A stretch of DNA of 64,000 nt, from positions 1-64,000 of IMG/VR virus record IMGVR_UViG_3300023174_000042; one strand, 5' to 3'. The number at the start of each line of letters is the position of its first letter. The first letter of the stretch is position 1. Both the position numbers and the translations under genes were made by a program. This document shows positions 36,711 to 46,118 of this stretch, piece after piece. Under the pieces are notes generated by a model. It made no database searches and was not told the origin of the DNA. It worked only from the letters and a program-made list of their open reading frames with translations.

Positions 36711-38093
36711 TTAACTATGTGTAAATAAGTTGAAGTCCTCATCTTCTTCAGCTCTTCTGAAAACAGAATCAGGTAGAACTCTTTTTGGATCAGATCCTCC
36801 TAAGTTTAAAACCATAAGGTTTGGCATATCACCAATACATTCAGGTAGTTTTTGTAAATCAGGATTATTAACTAATGATAGATATTGTAAATTTTGTAAA
36901 CCACAAATTGCTTCAGGTAAAGAAGCCACGCACCCAACAAAGTTAATTGCACTTAGATTTTTGAACCTACCGATGTCATTTGGAATATTAAGTGATAGTT
37001 TATCTTTTGAAGAATTTTTAAAGGTAAATCTTTGTAAAGATTGAGGTAAGGTCGCAAAAAACTCATCGAATCCATAAAGTGCGATAAACTTAGACGCCGA
37101 ATCACCTGGATAATCAATAACCACTTTTTCACCTTTCTCACCTGCTAATGACTTCATAAACTCAGGTTTGAAGAATTGTTTTAGACCTTCTTCGTTTGTA
37201 TTTAAAAATTCAATCAAATTGATTTGTCTATCATCAGCATCCATGAATTGATTATCAGGGAAGTGGAACTGATAACGATTTGCTGGAAGTCCTGAAACTT
37301 CACCAGTTTCTTTTCCATAAGATTTAAAAGATGTTGGTGTGTTTGGAATTACAACATATAAAGGTCCTTTAGCGATATATCTTTCAAACCAACTATATCC
37401 TGGTGATGAGGTGCACCAATTGGTTTCTCCTCTTCTTGCTTCATTATGAGATCCACCGTAGAAACATGCCGCTTCTTTTCCTAATGGCCCTGTGTTTGAT
37501 ATTTTAGCAACCGTCCAATCTTGACCTCTATAAACGATGTCAGCTCCAGGGTGAGCAAATGTCTGAGAAGCCTCTTTTTTCTCAGCGGCAGTTGCTTTAG
37601 TTTTTTCTAAACTGAAATCTTTAACTTGATCATATAAAGTCTCAGGAGTTAGTTTATTTATATCTCTAAACTCTTGAGGTAATCTATTTTTGAATCTTTC
37701 AAACTTTTGAAGGTTTGTCGTAACTTTATATAAGTCTTCCATGAAAAGGTCTTGAAATGACTTTAAAGCCGCCTTATATTGACCTGATTGTGGATCAGAA
37801 ATCATTAATGGGTGATCTGCTGGTAACTTAGGTGTAACAAAGTTTTTTAATAACCACTGAGCGTATTTTCCAATTTTAACCCTCTCCATTTGTTCAGGTT
37901 TAACATTATTAACGTCCATTCCGTCCGGAACTTTTGTTGTCGGATCTGCGGCGATAATTGTAAATAAAGTTTCGAAAGGCATTATACCTCTTTGACCTTT
38001 TTCTTTTGGTTTTACGAACTTATCAAATAATACTTGAAATCTTGAGCTTTCAACAATTAAATCTCTTAAAATGTTTGTAAATCTTAACGACAT
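36711..38093 (-). CDS. late-class protein with TxWCT motif and C-terminal leucine-rich repeats
   Basis: ETNWCTSS, YQFHF; LPQSLQRF, IPNDIGRFKNLSAINF, LPEAICGLQNLQYLSL, LPECIGDMPNLMVLNL. Confidence 0.75.
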   Translation of the reverse strand: MSLRFTNILRDLIVESSRFQVLFDKFVKPKEKGQRGIMPFETLFTIIAADPTTKVPDGMDVNNVKPEQMERVKIGKYAQWLLKNFVTPKLPADHPLMISDPQSGQYKAALKSFQDLFMEDLYKVTTNLQKFERFKNRLPQEFRDINKLTPETLYDQVKDFSLEKTKATAAEKKEASQTFAHPGADIVYRGQDWTVAKISNTGPLGKEAACFYGGSHNEARRGETNWCTSSPGYSWFERYIAKGPLYVVIPNTPTSFKSYGKETGEVSGLPANRYQFHFPDNQFMDADDRQINLIEFLNTNEEGLKQFFKPEFMKSLAGEKGEKVVIDYPGDSASKFIALYGFDEFFATLPQSLQRFTFKNSSKDKLSLNIPNDIGRFKNLSAINFVGCVASLPEAICGLQNLQYLSLVNNPDLQKLPECIGDMPNLMVLNLGGSDPKRVLPDSVFRRAEEDEDFNLFTHS

Positions 38094-38132
38094 AATATAA
38101 TTTTATAATAAATATTCGTATATAGTAAAAAA

Positions 38133-38984
38133 TTAATAGTTCATTATCAATATTTCCTCTCCCATGTTTTGTTTCTCACCTTTTTTAGCGGAAGCGGCCT
38201 TTGCAAACTCTTTTTTAACCCAAGTGTATTGGTCTTCGGGGAACCATTCGTGAAGAAGTTCAAAGTCATAATAGGATAATGAAAACTTACCTTTAACTTC
38301 GTGTAATACATTTGCCAATCTTTCATGGTCTTGACGATCAAAGTCGTGATTGGAGTAGTATGATCCTTCTCCCACAACATAATAGGGTGGGTCAACATAA
38401 AAATATGTATTTGGTGAATCATATTTTTCTATCACTTCCTGAAAGTCCATATTTTCAACAAAAGTAATAGATTCGAACATCTTTTGCCACTTTTCATTTT
38501 TTAATTTGTTTATGAAAGATGTGAATTTAGAATGGTATTTACCTTTTAAATCAATAAACTTTGATTTTGAAGGATTGGCTCCTGAAAAAACTTGTGTTAA
38601 AACATAGATATATTTTGCGGCAACTTCATAGTCATAAGCCTTTGGGCTGAAGTTTTCTTCGAATATTTCAGCCTGAAACCTTATAAATTGTTCTTCACAA
38701 ATTGGATCTGTTGGTCGTATATCTTTTTTTTGAACAACTAATTTTTCACACTCTTGAAGTAATTTTTGGTGATCTTTCAAACATTGATACATATTAAAGT
38801 TCAACTTGTTAAAGTCGTTATACACAACGGTTTTTAAATTTGGGTAATCTTCCAAGTTCATCTTAAAAAATGTCCAAAATTGACCACTAAATGGTTCTAC
38901 AAATGTCTCAATGTCTTTAGGGATGTTAGGTATTATTAATTGTGGGGCGATTTTTGATTTACCTCCGATATAACTTACGCACAT
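38133..38984 (-). CDS. Dam-like (D12 class) N6-adenine DNA methyltransferase
   Basis: YIGGKSK, VEPFSG, YND, YVDPPY. Confidence 0.85.
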   Translation of the reverse strand: MCVSYIGGKSKIAPQLIIPNIPKDIETFVEPFSGQFWTFFKMNLEDYPNLKTVVYNDFNKLNFNMYQCLKDHQKLLQECEKLVVQKKDIRPTDPICEEQFIRFQAEIFEENFSPKAYDYEVAAKYIYVLTQVFSGANPSKSKFIDLKGKYHSKFTSFINKLKNEKWQKMFESITFVENMDFQEVIEKYDSPNTYFYVDPPYYVVGEGSYYSNHDFDRQDHERLANVLHEVKGKFSLSYYDFELLHEWFPEDQYTWVKKEFAKAASAKKGEKQNMGEEILIMNY

Positions 38985-39114
38985 AATTATTATTTTAAAT
39001 TTTATTTGATTTAGTTAAATTGTCTTTAACCCATAAAGGTTGTAAGTTATCTAACGAATTAATTATAGTAATTTTATTATTTATTTTCAACTGAATACTA
39101 ATTAAATTATAGGT

Positions 39115-39276
39115 ATGGAAGAACAAAAAGCAACAGAAGTTAAATGTAAAGCGTGTGAAAGTAGCAGACAAGTTAAAAATACCCAAACGTTTGTTTTATT
39201 ATTTGGTGGCATTTTTACTTTTTTCGCAATCTATGGATTAATTTCAGCAATTAGAGATTTTATCAATATTTTTTAA
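39115..39276 (+). CDS. 53-aa CxxC plus transmembrane peptide (not in ORF track)
   Basis: MEEQKATEVKCKACESSRQVKNTQTFVLLFGGIFTFFAIYGLISAIRDFINIF. Confidence 0.65.
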   Translation: MEEQKATEVKCKACESSRQVKNTQTFVLLFGGIFTFFAIYGLISAIRDFINIF

Positions 39277-40196
39277 TCTCTGTCAAATTTAACAAACTGA
39301 TTAACAATTAGGTCACCAACTGTGTCTAATTTGAACCCTTTGGACTTAACTCTTAAGGGTTTTGATGTATCAATATGTTTTGGTAATTTAATGTTTAATG
39401 TCCCTTCTGGATGTGGAATTGTAATATTTCCTACTTTCAAGTCTTCCAAGTTTAAATAAGCATCATAAACAAGATGGTTATCCACTTTATTAAACCCGTC
39501 TTGTGGTTTAAGATCAATTCTAACAACCAAATCGCCATAAATTCCATGTTTATAGTCTCCCATCCCTTGAAGTCTTAGAAATTGTCCGTTGTCGATTCCA
39601 TGTGGCAATGAAATATCCAAAACTTTCATTTCGGGTTTTGATCCGACACCGGCACACATAAAACAAGGGTTGATTAAAATTGATCCGGTTCCATGACAAC
39701 TATCACACCCCATTTGTATTAATTGGACAAACATTCCTGATCCAACTTGTTTTACAACGCTTCCTGAACCTCCACAAGTCTGACATGGTTTTTTATCCCC
39801 ACCTGAACCATTACAGGGTTGACACATAGTTTGTCTTTTATAAGACAAGGTGTGCTTTCCTCCATTGAAGGAGTTTAATGTTCCAATATTTACGGTAATG
39901 TTTGACGTGTGTGTCTGTCTTTGTTGTTTTGTTGTTCTTTGATTAAAAAAACTATTAAACATATCATTCATATTAAATCCACCGCCAAATGGATTTTTTC
40001 TTTGATTGTCGTATTGTTGTCTTTTTTGTTCATCTCCTAGTATATCATAAGCAGATGATATTTTTTTAAAAAGATCTTCATTTCCTCCGGCATCGGGATG
40101 ATTTTCTTTTGCTAACTTTCTATATTTTTTTTTAATTTCTTCTTGTGTTGCGGTTTCTTCCAAACCCAAAACATCATAAAAATTTTCATTATTCAT
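39273..40196 (-). CDS. dnaJ: DnaJ/Hsp40 co-chaperone
   Basis: J-domain HPD; four CxxCxGxG repeats; C-terminal GDL.V domains. Confidence 0.9.
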   Translation of the reverse strand: MNNENFYDVLGLEETATQEEIKKKYRKLAKENHPDAGGNEDLFKKISSAYDILGDEQKRQQYDNQRKNPFGGGFNMNDMFNSFFNQRTTKQQRQTHTSNITVNIGTLNSFNGGKHTLSYKRQTMCQPCNGSGGDKKPCQTCGGSGSVVKQVGSGMFVQLIQMGCDSCHGTGSILINPCFMCAGVGSKPEMKVLDISLPHGIDNGQFLRLQGMGDYKHGIYGDLVVRIDLKPQDGFNKVDNHLVYDAYLNLEDLKVGNITIPHPEGTLNIKLPKHIDTSKPLRVKSKGFKLDTVGDLIVNQFVKFDRD

Positions 40197-40226
40197 TTAT
40201 TATGATATAATATTATTATTGTTAAT

Positions 40227-40865
40227 ATGAACTATATTGTAGTATTGTTTAAAAATAAGGAAAGAAAAAAAATAATCAATAAGTTTAAGACCATTGAGCG
40301 AGCAACTGAGTTTTTCAACAAAAAAATAGAAGAAAATAAAAATGTTTTATTTGAAAAACAGGTGGAAAACGCAAACGATTGTAATTTTGAGTTGTGTCTA
40401 CTTCAAAAAAAAGATTCTAATTTTGATAGTTTATATGTCAGAGACAATTTAGGAAGGCAAATTAAAATTGAAACGGATGATCCTGAATATAAAATAATTA
40501 ATGTTTCAAATTACAAAGTGGAAGAGTTGGTTTTTGATATTTCTGAAAACAAAAAAATTACAATTAAAGAGTTTATTAGAAAATACTTACCAAAAAGTTC
40601 AATAAAATTAGTATCGAGATTAAATAACAAAATTGTTGTTCAAAATGACGATAAGGTTAATTTATTTTCTTTGAAAAATGAATATGAATCAAAAAGGTTT
40701 TTGGAATCTTTGAGTGATTACTTTTTTGAAAAGGATAGAACTGACTCTATTTTTGTTATAGATGCTTCAAAAGAACAAAAGAAATATTTGTATGAAATAT
40801 TATCAAAGGTGGGAATAGATAAACAATTACTTTACAGAAAATCAACCACGTTTAAACCAAGATAA
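40227..40865 (+). CDS. hypothetical protein
   Basis: 212-aa ORF divergent from dnaJ. Confidence 0.75.
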   Translation: MNYIVVLFKNKERKKIINKFKTIERATEFFNKKIEENKNVLFEKQVENANDCNFELCLLQKKDSNFDSLYVRDNLGRQIKIETDDPEYKIINVSNYKVEELVFDISENKKITIKEFIRKYLPKSSIKLVSRLNNKIVVQNDDKVNLFSLKNEYESKRFLESLSDYFFEKDRTDSIFVIDASKEQKKYLYEILSKVGIDKQLLYRKSTTFKPR

Positions 40866-41162
40866 TAATTTATCTTTGAATGATAGTTTTTTAGCAGGTT
40901 CAATTTGTGGTTTAAGATCATTTGTTAATTCATTTGAGATTTCTTCATCAATAAAAACATGTTCAACTCCTGATATGTCGACAGAGAATTTTTTGAACTG
41001 GTTATCTATTCTTCTGAAGTTATTTTGAACTTTTTTGAAATCCTTACTGTTTAATTCATAAAGACATATAATTTTACCATCAGGGAAAATGTTTTGTAGT
41101 CCATCTGTAATAAGTGCCAAATTTGCTAAGACCCCATCATCACTTTTTTTATTCTCATCCAT
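40842..41162 (-). CDS. hypothetical protein
   Basis: ORF track. Confidence 0.7.
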   Translation of the reverse strand: MDENKKSDDGVLANLALITDGLQNIFPDGKIICLYELNSKDFKKVQNNFRRIDNQFKKFSVDISGVEHVFIDEEISNELTNDLKPQIEPAKKLSFKDKLLSWFKRG

Positions 41163-41326
41163 AAAGTCAATCTTTCTTTTTGTTTAAATATGTTTTCTTT
41201 TTTAAGATTCTTAATTGACTCAATTAATTTTTTCTTTTCGATTTCAAGTTCAATTTTATCTTTTTCAATCTCACTTTTAAGCCAATTAATCGATTGCTCC
41301 TCTCGTGTCAACGATTTCTTCTCCAT
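41126..41326 (-). CDS. small coiled-coil hypothetical protein
   Basis: ORF track. Confidence 0.6.
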   Translation of the reverse strand: MEKKSLTREEQSINWLKSEIEKDKIELEIEKKKLIESIKNLKKENIFKQKERLTLWMRIKKVMMGS

Positions 41327-41705
41327 GTTCCAATTTTTCTTCTTGTTCTAAAATATCAAATTTTAATAATTGTAAATTTTCAAGATTTTCTTTTTCAAAT
41401 ATTTTTTTGAGTTCGTCAATTTTTTGTTTTAATAATCTTTCTTTCATCTCAATTTCTTTATTGTAATGAATGATGTTTTTAATATTATCAACCGTAGTAT
41501 TTAAAACTTTTTCATCAAACTCACACACAAACGAAAAAAATCTAGTGTTTTCTGTTACTTTTTGATTTTCAACAATTTTATCTTCTTGGACAAATTTCTT
41601 TGGTATTTTCCAACTAATTGGAAATTCGATATCGATTGATAGATATGTTTTAAGTTTTCTTACGGAAACTAAATACTCAAAAATACTTTTTAGTTCATTA
41701 TACAT
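41286..41705 (-). CDS. hypothetical protein
   Basis: ORF track. Confidence 0.7.
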   Translation of the reverse strand: MYNELKSIFEYLVSVRKLKTYLSIDIEFPISWKIPKKFVQEDKIVENQKVTENTRFFSFVCEFDEKVLNTTVDNIKNIIHYNKEIEMKERLLKQKIDELKKIFEKENLENLQLLKFDILEQEEKLEHGEEIVDTRGAID

Positions 41706-41706
41706 A

Positions 41707-41907
41707 TTATAGGATTTTTGTTATAAAATACGTTATAAGATAAGAAATGAAGAAATAGTTGGATATTTTTTCCCAAAAACCGTAAACGATTTTTCTGGGT
41801 TCTTCACTAAATATATTTTTAATAATGTTAAATATTTGATTTGAAACAAATATTATTGATAAAACAAAAATAAATTTAAAAAAAATATCCAAGCTAATCA
41901 TAATCAT
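41707..41907 (-). CDS. small membrane protein
   Basis: Two hydrophobic segments. Confidence 0.6.
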   Translation of the reverse strand: MIMISLDIFFKFIFVLSIIFVSNQIFNIIKNIFSEEPRKIVYGFWEKISNYFFISYLITYFITKIL

Positions 41908-42074
41908 TTTTTTCTTTCTTCTAAAATTTCAGTTCTTAATTGTTGCAAAATTGTTTTCAAGTCTTGTGAAGTTTTTCTTGCTCTTGTTCCAGCACTGTTG
42001 TTTCCTGCATAAAACTTAGTGACATCAATACTTAATTGCTCAGTAAGTTCTTTAATTTTTTCTAATGTATCCAT
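41904..42074 (-). CDS. histone H1-like (Hc1-type) small helical protein (not in ORF track)
   Basis: MDTLEKIKELTEQLSIDVTKFYAGNNSAGTRARKTSQDLKTILQQLRTEILEERKK; GNxxAGxRARK motif. Confidence 0.7.
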   Translation of the reverse strand: MDTLEKIKELTEQLSIDVTKFYAGNNSAGTRARKTSQDLKTILQQLRTEILEERKK

Positions 42075-42136
42075 TTTTTTTAAAAAATTATAGTTTATTT
42101 AGTATAAAATACTATTTGATCTTTAAATTGTAAAGA

Positions 42137-42604
42137 TTATCTAATTAAATTTTTGTCCAATGATTTATATATGTTGTAAATTAAATCTAAATCAACTTGG
42201 GTAAAGGCCTTTTCTCTATTGAATAGATCATTGAAGAATATATCTATTGATTTTTTTAAATCTTCATTATTTTGATTGTAATAAATTTCCATAAACAAGG
42301 ATTTGAAATAGTCGTGGTGATCCCCTTCTGTTGCAAAAATTATATTTTCTTTTTTAAAGTTTTCAATTGTTTTTTTCCAACACCAATCAAAATGTCTTTG
42401 GTTATCATCATCATTCATTTCCACATTAGTTTCGTTTTTATTATTTAACGATCCCAAATATGTTGTTTTGATTAACAAAAAAATACTATATGAAAAATCA
42501 TAATATAACTCCATTTTTTCAGGAATTATATTATTTGACCTAAACCAAGTATCAACTTGTTCAGGATCAATATTTTTTGTTATGTAGTTGAAAAAATTTG
42601 TCAT
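42137..42604 (-). CDS. hypothetical protein
   Basis: ORF track. Confidence 0.75.
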   Translation of the reverse strand: MTNFFNYITKNIDPEQVDTWFRSNNIIPEKMELYYDFSYSIFLLIKTTYLGSLNNKNETNVEMNDDDNQRHFDWCWKKTIENFKKENIIFATEGDHHDYFKSLFMEIYYNQNNEDLKKSIDIFFNDLFNREKAFTQVDLDLIYNIYKSLDKNLIR

Positions 42605-42651
42605 AGTAAAAAACTATGAAAAAATTATAAGTTAAGACCCAATAATGTAAA

Positions 42652-44316
42652 TTATTGAGTCTTTCTATTATAAGACATTAAACTATTGATTCTATCAAAT
42701 TCTTCATTAAGTTTTTCAACTTTTTTGAAGTCTTCAGACTCATCAACTTTATTTAAAATTGATTGTGCCGTTATTTTTCCTTTTTTTGACTTTAGTGAAC
42801 CTCTTTCAGTATGTTCTCCCGCTTGATCAACAGGTTGTGGTTGTCTTTTATAAGATGCGCTCATTTGTTCTTGGCCGTAAAAATTGTCTTTGTAGTTTTT
42901 AAAGAATTTTTCACCAACTTTACTTGGAACTACATTTCCTAATGCCTTTCCATCGTCATCAACTTGAGCATTTCCTGTTGTTCTGTGACCTTTCAAGTAT
43001 TTTTCAATATTTTCATCGTTAGGCTTAATTTCGTCGTAAACCAAGTTAGTTTGACCAGGATAAGAAAATGCGTCAAGGTATTCATCAACCGCATCAGATG
43101 GTGTATATTTTTTTCTATTACCTTTTTTTAATCCTCCATTTTCAGTTGGAAACTTTTGAGTTTCTTTCATTTCGTATTTAGATCCAGAATCTGAAGCCCC
43201 CTTCAAATAATCAGTCATTTTTTTAGCAACGCTTTTCAAATAATCGTCGTTTTCTTTTTTATCTGCCTTATGTGCTCTTTCGTATTCTCTATAACCTTTT
43301 GGTTCTTTAACTTTAAATTTTGTTTCTTCTTTAACCAATTTTTCTATAAGATCAATCAAGTCTGTTTCAGTAAAAAGAATAGTTTCATTAACTTTGGCTT
43401 TGCCCTTTCCTTTCCAACCTTGTTTTGCTCTTTTTGCGAAATAAAGTTGACTCATTTTTGTTCGATCTGCGTGTGAAACTTTTTTTCCTGATTCTTTGGT
43501 TCTATCGTTTTTATCTTTTTGTTTTTTAATAGCCGCGTTTAATTCTTCAATTGACATGTCAGAATATTCACCTGTATGTTCCACTTCAACATCTCCTTTC
43601 CACTTTTCAGTAACCTCATATTTTTTTCCATCAACTTCAAAAGAATCTTCTCCTCGTTTTTTTGCTTTTGCTAATGCCCCTGTAAATGCGTTACCTTCAT
43701 CAGTTTCTTGTTTTTCAAACTCAATTTCATAAAGTTGTTCCTCTTCGTTTTGATGTTTTCTTAACATTTTAAAATCTTCAGAATCTAATCTACCATTTTT
43801 ATTTTTGTCAAGTTTATATTGTTTTCCATATAATTTTTCCTTCATTTCATATGAAGAACCACATTCCATACATTCAGACTCATCGATTTCAAGTTCGTAT
43901 TCAAACTCCTCATCATCATGATCGTCAAATTTTCTTTTTGGACGGTTTTCCATTTTTTTAAATTTATCATCAAAAGAATGTTCGTAATTTCTATCTGAAA
44001 TAAGATCTTCCTTTTCTTTTCGAGACATTTTTGATAAATTTTTATTTCCGAATCTTGGGTGTCCGTCGTCCATACCACCTAACTCCATAACCTCACCACT
44101 ACCTTTCCATCCACACTCCATACATTCGCCTTCATACATTTCTCCACCACATTCACAAGTCTCCCCTTCTTGGACATAATCAAATGCTTCACCACTAGGG
44201 TTAAAAGGGACTTCTTTTTTGTAATTCAATTTATTTAAAATTGATTCACTTTTTTCTTTTATATTTTCTTGTAAAATTTTTTTAAATCTTGATACGATAT
44301 ATTGTTCTTTGTTCAT
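42652..44316 (-). CDS. large charged late protein, possibly prohead core/scaffold-like
   Basis: TATTTATT at 44332-44339; many xxE sites; CECGG/CMECG; EF-hand-like LDKNKNGRLDSEDF; EGNAFTGAL. Confidence 0.55.
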   Translation of the reverse strand: MNKEQYIVSRFKKILQENIKEKSESILNKLNYKKEVPFNPSGEAFDYVQEGETCECGGEMYEGECMECGWKGSGEVMELGGMDDGHPRFGNKNLSKMSRKEKEDLISDRNYEHSFDDKFKKMENRPKRKFDDHDDEEFEYELEIDESECMECGSSYEMKEKLYGKQYKLDKNKNGRLDSEDFKMLRKHQNEEEQLYEIEFEKQETDEGNAFTGALAKAKKRGEDSFEVDGKKYEVTEKWKGDVEVEHTGEYSDMSIEELNAAIKKQKDKNDRTKESGKKVSHADRTKMSQLYFAKRAKQGWKGKGKAKVNETILFTETDLIDLIEKLVKEETKFKVKEPKGYREYERAHKADKKENDDYLKSVAKKMTDYLKGASDSGSKYEMKETQKFPTENGGLKKGNRKKYTPSDAVDEYLDAFSYPGQTNLVYDEIKPNDENIEKYLKGHRTTGNAQVDDDGKALGNVVPSKVGEKFFKNYKDNFYGQEQMSASYKRQPQPVDQAGEHTERGSLKSKKGKITAQSILNKVDESEDFKKVEKLNEEFDRINSLMSYNRKTQ

Positions 44317-44342
44317 TTTAAGTTGTTTTATAATAAATATCT

Positions 44343-45095
44343 TTATCTTTGCGTTTTTACTATTTCTTCAAAAACAAGATCAGAAATATATTCTTTGTTT
44401 ATTTTATATTTAACAGAAACATTTTCTATCGCTTTTTGGACTTGTTCACTTTCAAAAATTTTCAAAGCGTTTATATCTCCCTGATTACAGTAGGGAAACT
44501 TTTTACACTTCTTTTTAACTTGAACTCTTTTGGATCCAGGCATGAACTTTGTTGTCGCACCCTTCCAATCTTTTTTACTGAGCGATTTTGCCCAAATTGC
44601 TGGTTGTGAATATTGTCCTGAAGATGCTGATGTTGTTGCTTCTTTTGTTTCAGCCTTTTTAAGTTCTGAGTCTTCAATATCTAAACTTTCCCTAACAGTT
44701 TTTATACCTTTTGTAATGTCTCCTTTTGTTGTAGAGAATAATGGCATAGAATATCCACCCGCAGATGCCGCTCCTGTTGATTCAGTATTTTCTTCTTTTT
44801 TGTTAGGTTTCTCGTCTAAAATTGATTGTAAAAATTTTTTTACATCTTCGGGGTTTTTTAAATAATTTTTTATTTTTGACTTTATTTGATTGTTTGAAAG
44901 TTTCTTGTTTGTTATTAATCGGTAAATCTCTATAATGTCGTTTTTATCTTTTAAGAAGTTTAAATATTTTTTTATTCTTTCTTCTTTAACTTCGGCTTTT
45001 TCGATACTTTTAATCACATTTCTTCTTAGCTCAGGTTCGCCAGCCAAAGCACTTGTCATGGCCGATTTTAATTTTTCTGTTACATTTGAGTCCAT
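44343..45095 (-). CDS. hypothetical protein, possibly head-associated
   Basis: ESTGAASAGGY and EATTSASSGQY repeats; CKKFPYC. Confidence 0.6.
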   Translation of the reverse strand: MDSNVTEKLKSAMTSALAGEPELRRNVIKSIEKAEVKEERIKKYLNFLKDKNDIIEIYRLITNKKLSNNQIKSKIKNYLKNPEDVKKFLQSILDEKPNKKEENTESTGAASAGGYSMPLFSTTKGDITKGIKTVRESLDIEDSELKKAETKEATTSASSGQYSQPAIWAKSLSKKDWKGATTKFMPGSKRVQVKKKCKKFPYCNQGDINALKIFESEQVQKAIENVSVKYKINKEYISDLVFEEIVKTQR

Positions 45096-45340
45096 TATAA
45101 ACTTTTAAATTTTTGTTCCCAAAATCCTCTCTGTTGATACATAACAGTAAAGTATTCTTGAAAAGATTTTATGACTATATCTTTTACGTCTTTTTTTAAT
45201 TCACCTTTTTGTAAATCTTGAGAAATTTTATCCAATAATTTTTTTTCAAATTGTTTAGATGTGTTTGAGTCAAAAAAATCTTTAATTTCTTTTCTGATCA
45301 ATACTTCAATTTCTTTTTTTTCTGTTGATGAAAGTGCCAT
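45095..45340 (-). CDS. hypothetical protein
   Basis: ORF track. Confidence 0.7.
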   Translation of the reverse strand: MALSSTEKKEIEVLIRKEIKDFFDSNTSKQFEKKLLDKISQDLQKGELKKDVKDIVIKSFQEYFTVMYQQRGFWEQKFKSL

Positions 45341-45768
45341 TATTTAAAAACCGCAATGTAAGTTAATGGAGCAATTATTACTGCCGAAATTATATTAAAT
45401 AAAACACCTTTGGTTTTAATTCTTTTGTTTTCCTTTTTTAAATCAAGATTTTCTTTTTCATAAATCTTAATTTTTTCATTTTTTTCTGAAATAATAATTC
45501 TGTTCAAGGAATCTTCTGACATCCATGATTTATTTTCTTTTTGAAGAAATAAGATTTTATTGTTTAACTCTAGTATTTCTTTTTTATCTAATTGGGACAA
45601 TTCTTTTAACTTATCGTAATCGTTAAGATCTATAAGTATTTTTTGGACCACGGAATATGGTATACACATTTTTGATGTGTCAGAATTTGAACTATTGTTT
45701 TTTTGGGAAAATACATTTAACCCAAATAAAATTATTACCAAAGTTGTAAATATTTTTTTCATGTTCAA
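45340..45768 (-). CDS. periplasmic coiled-coil protein with signal peptide and C-terminal TM (spanin-like candidate)
   Basis: MNMKKIFTTLVIILFGLNVFS/Q; C-terminal VLFNIISAVIIAPLTYIAVF. Confidence 0.5.
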   Translation of the reverse strand: MNMKKIFTTLVIILFGLNVFSQKNNSSNSDTSKMCIPYSVVQKILIDLNDYDKLKELSQLDKKEILELNNKILFLQKENKSWMSEDSLNRIIISEKNEKIKIYEKENLDLKKENKRIKTKGVLFNIISAVIIAPLTYIAVFK

Positions 45769-46118
45769 AAGTTATATTTTTTTCTTAATAAACTATCAAT
45801 TTTTTTCTTGTCAGCAGTTTTAATCTCTTCTTCTTTTATTGTATAATAATTATTAACCTGATTTTTTTCTACTTTTATGTTTGAAATTTTGGTGTCGATG
45901 TCTTTTATTTTTAATTTATATGATATTATTGAATCTTTAAGGTCACTTTGAAGTTTTTTTATTTCTTCGGTTTTTTTATCAATTTGTTCTAGTTTATATT
46001 TATTCAATTCACTATGATTGGGTATTGGTGTAAAAACACGAATTAATAAATACACAAAAATCACCCCTAAAATTGTAAGAGTGATTGTTTTCCAATTATG
46101 TGTTAAAAATTCTTTCAT
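45765..46118 (-). CDS. N-terminal TM coiled-coil protein (i-spanin-like candidate)
   Basis: Single N-terminal TM then coiled coil; near the amidase. Confidence 0.5.
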   Translation of the reverse strand: MKEFLTHNWKTITLTILGVIFVYLLIRVFTPIPNHSELNKYKLEQIDKKTEEIKKLQSDLKDSIISYKLKIKDIDTKISNIKVEKNQVNNYYTIKEEEIKTADKKKIDSLLRKKYNF

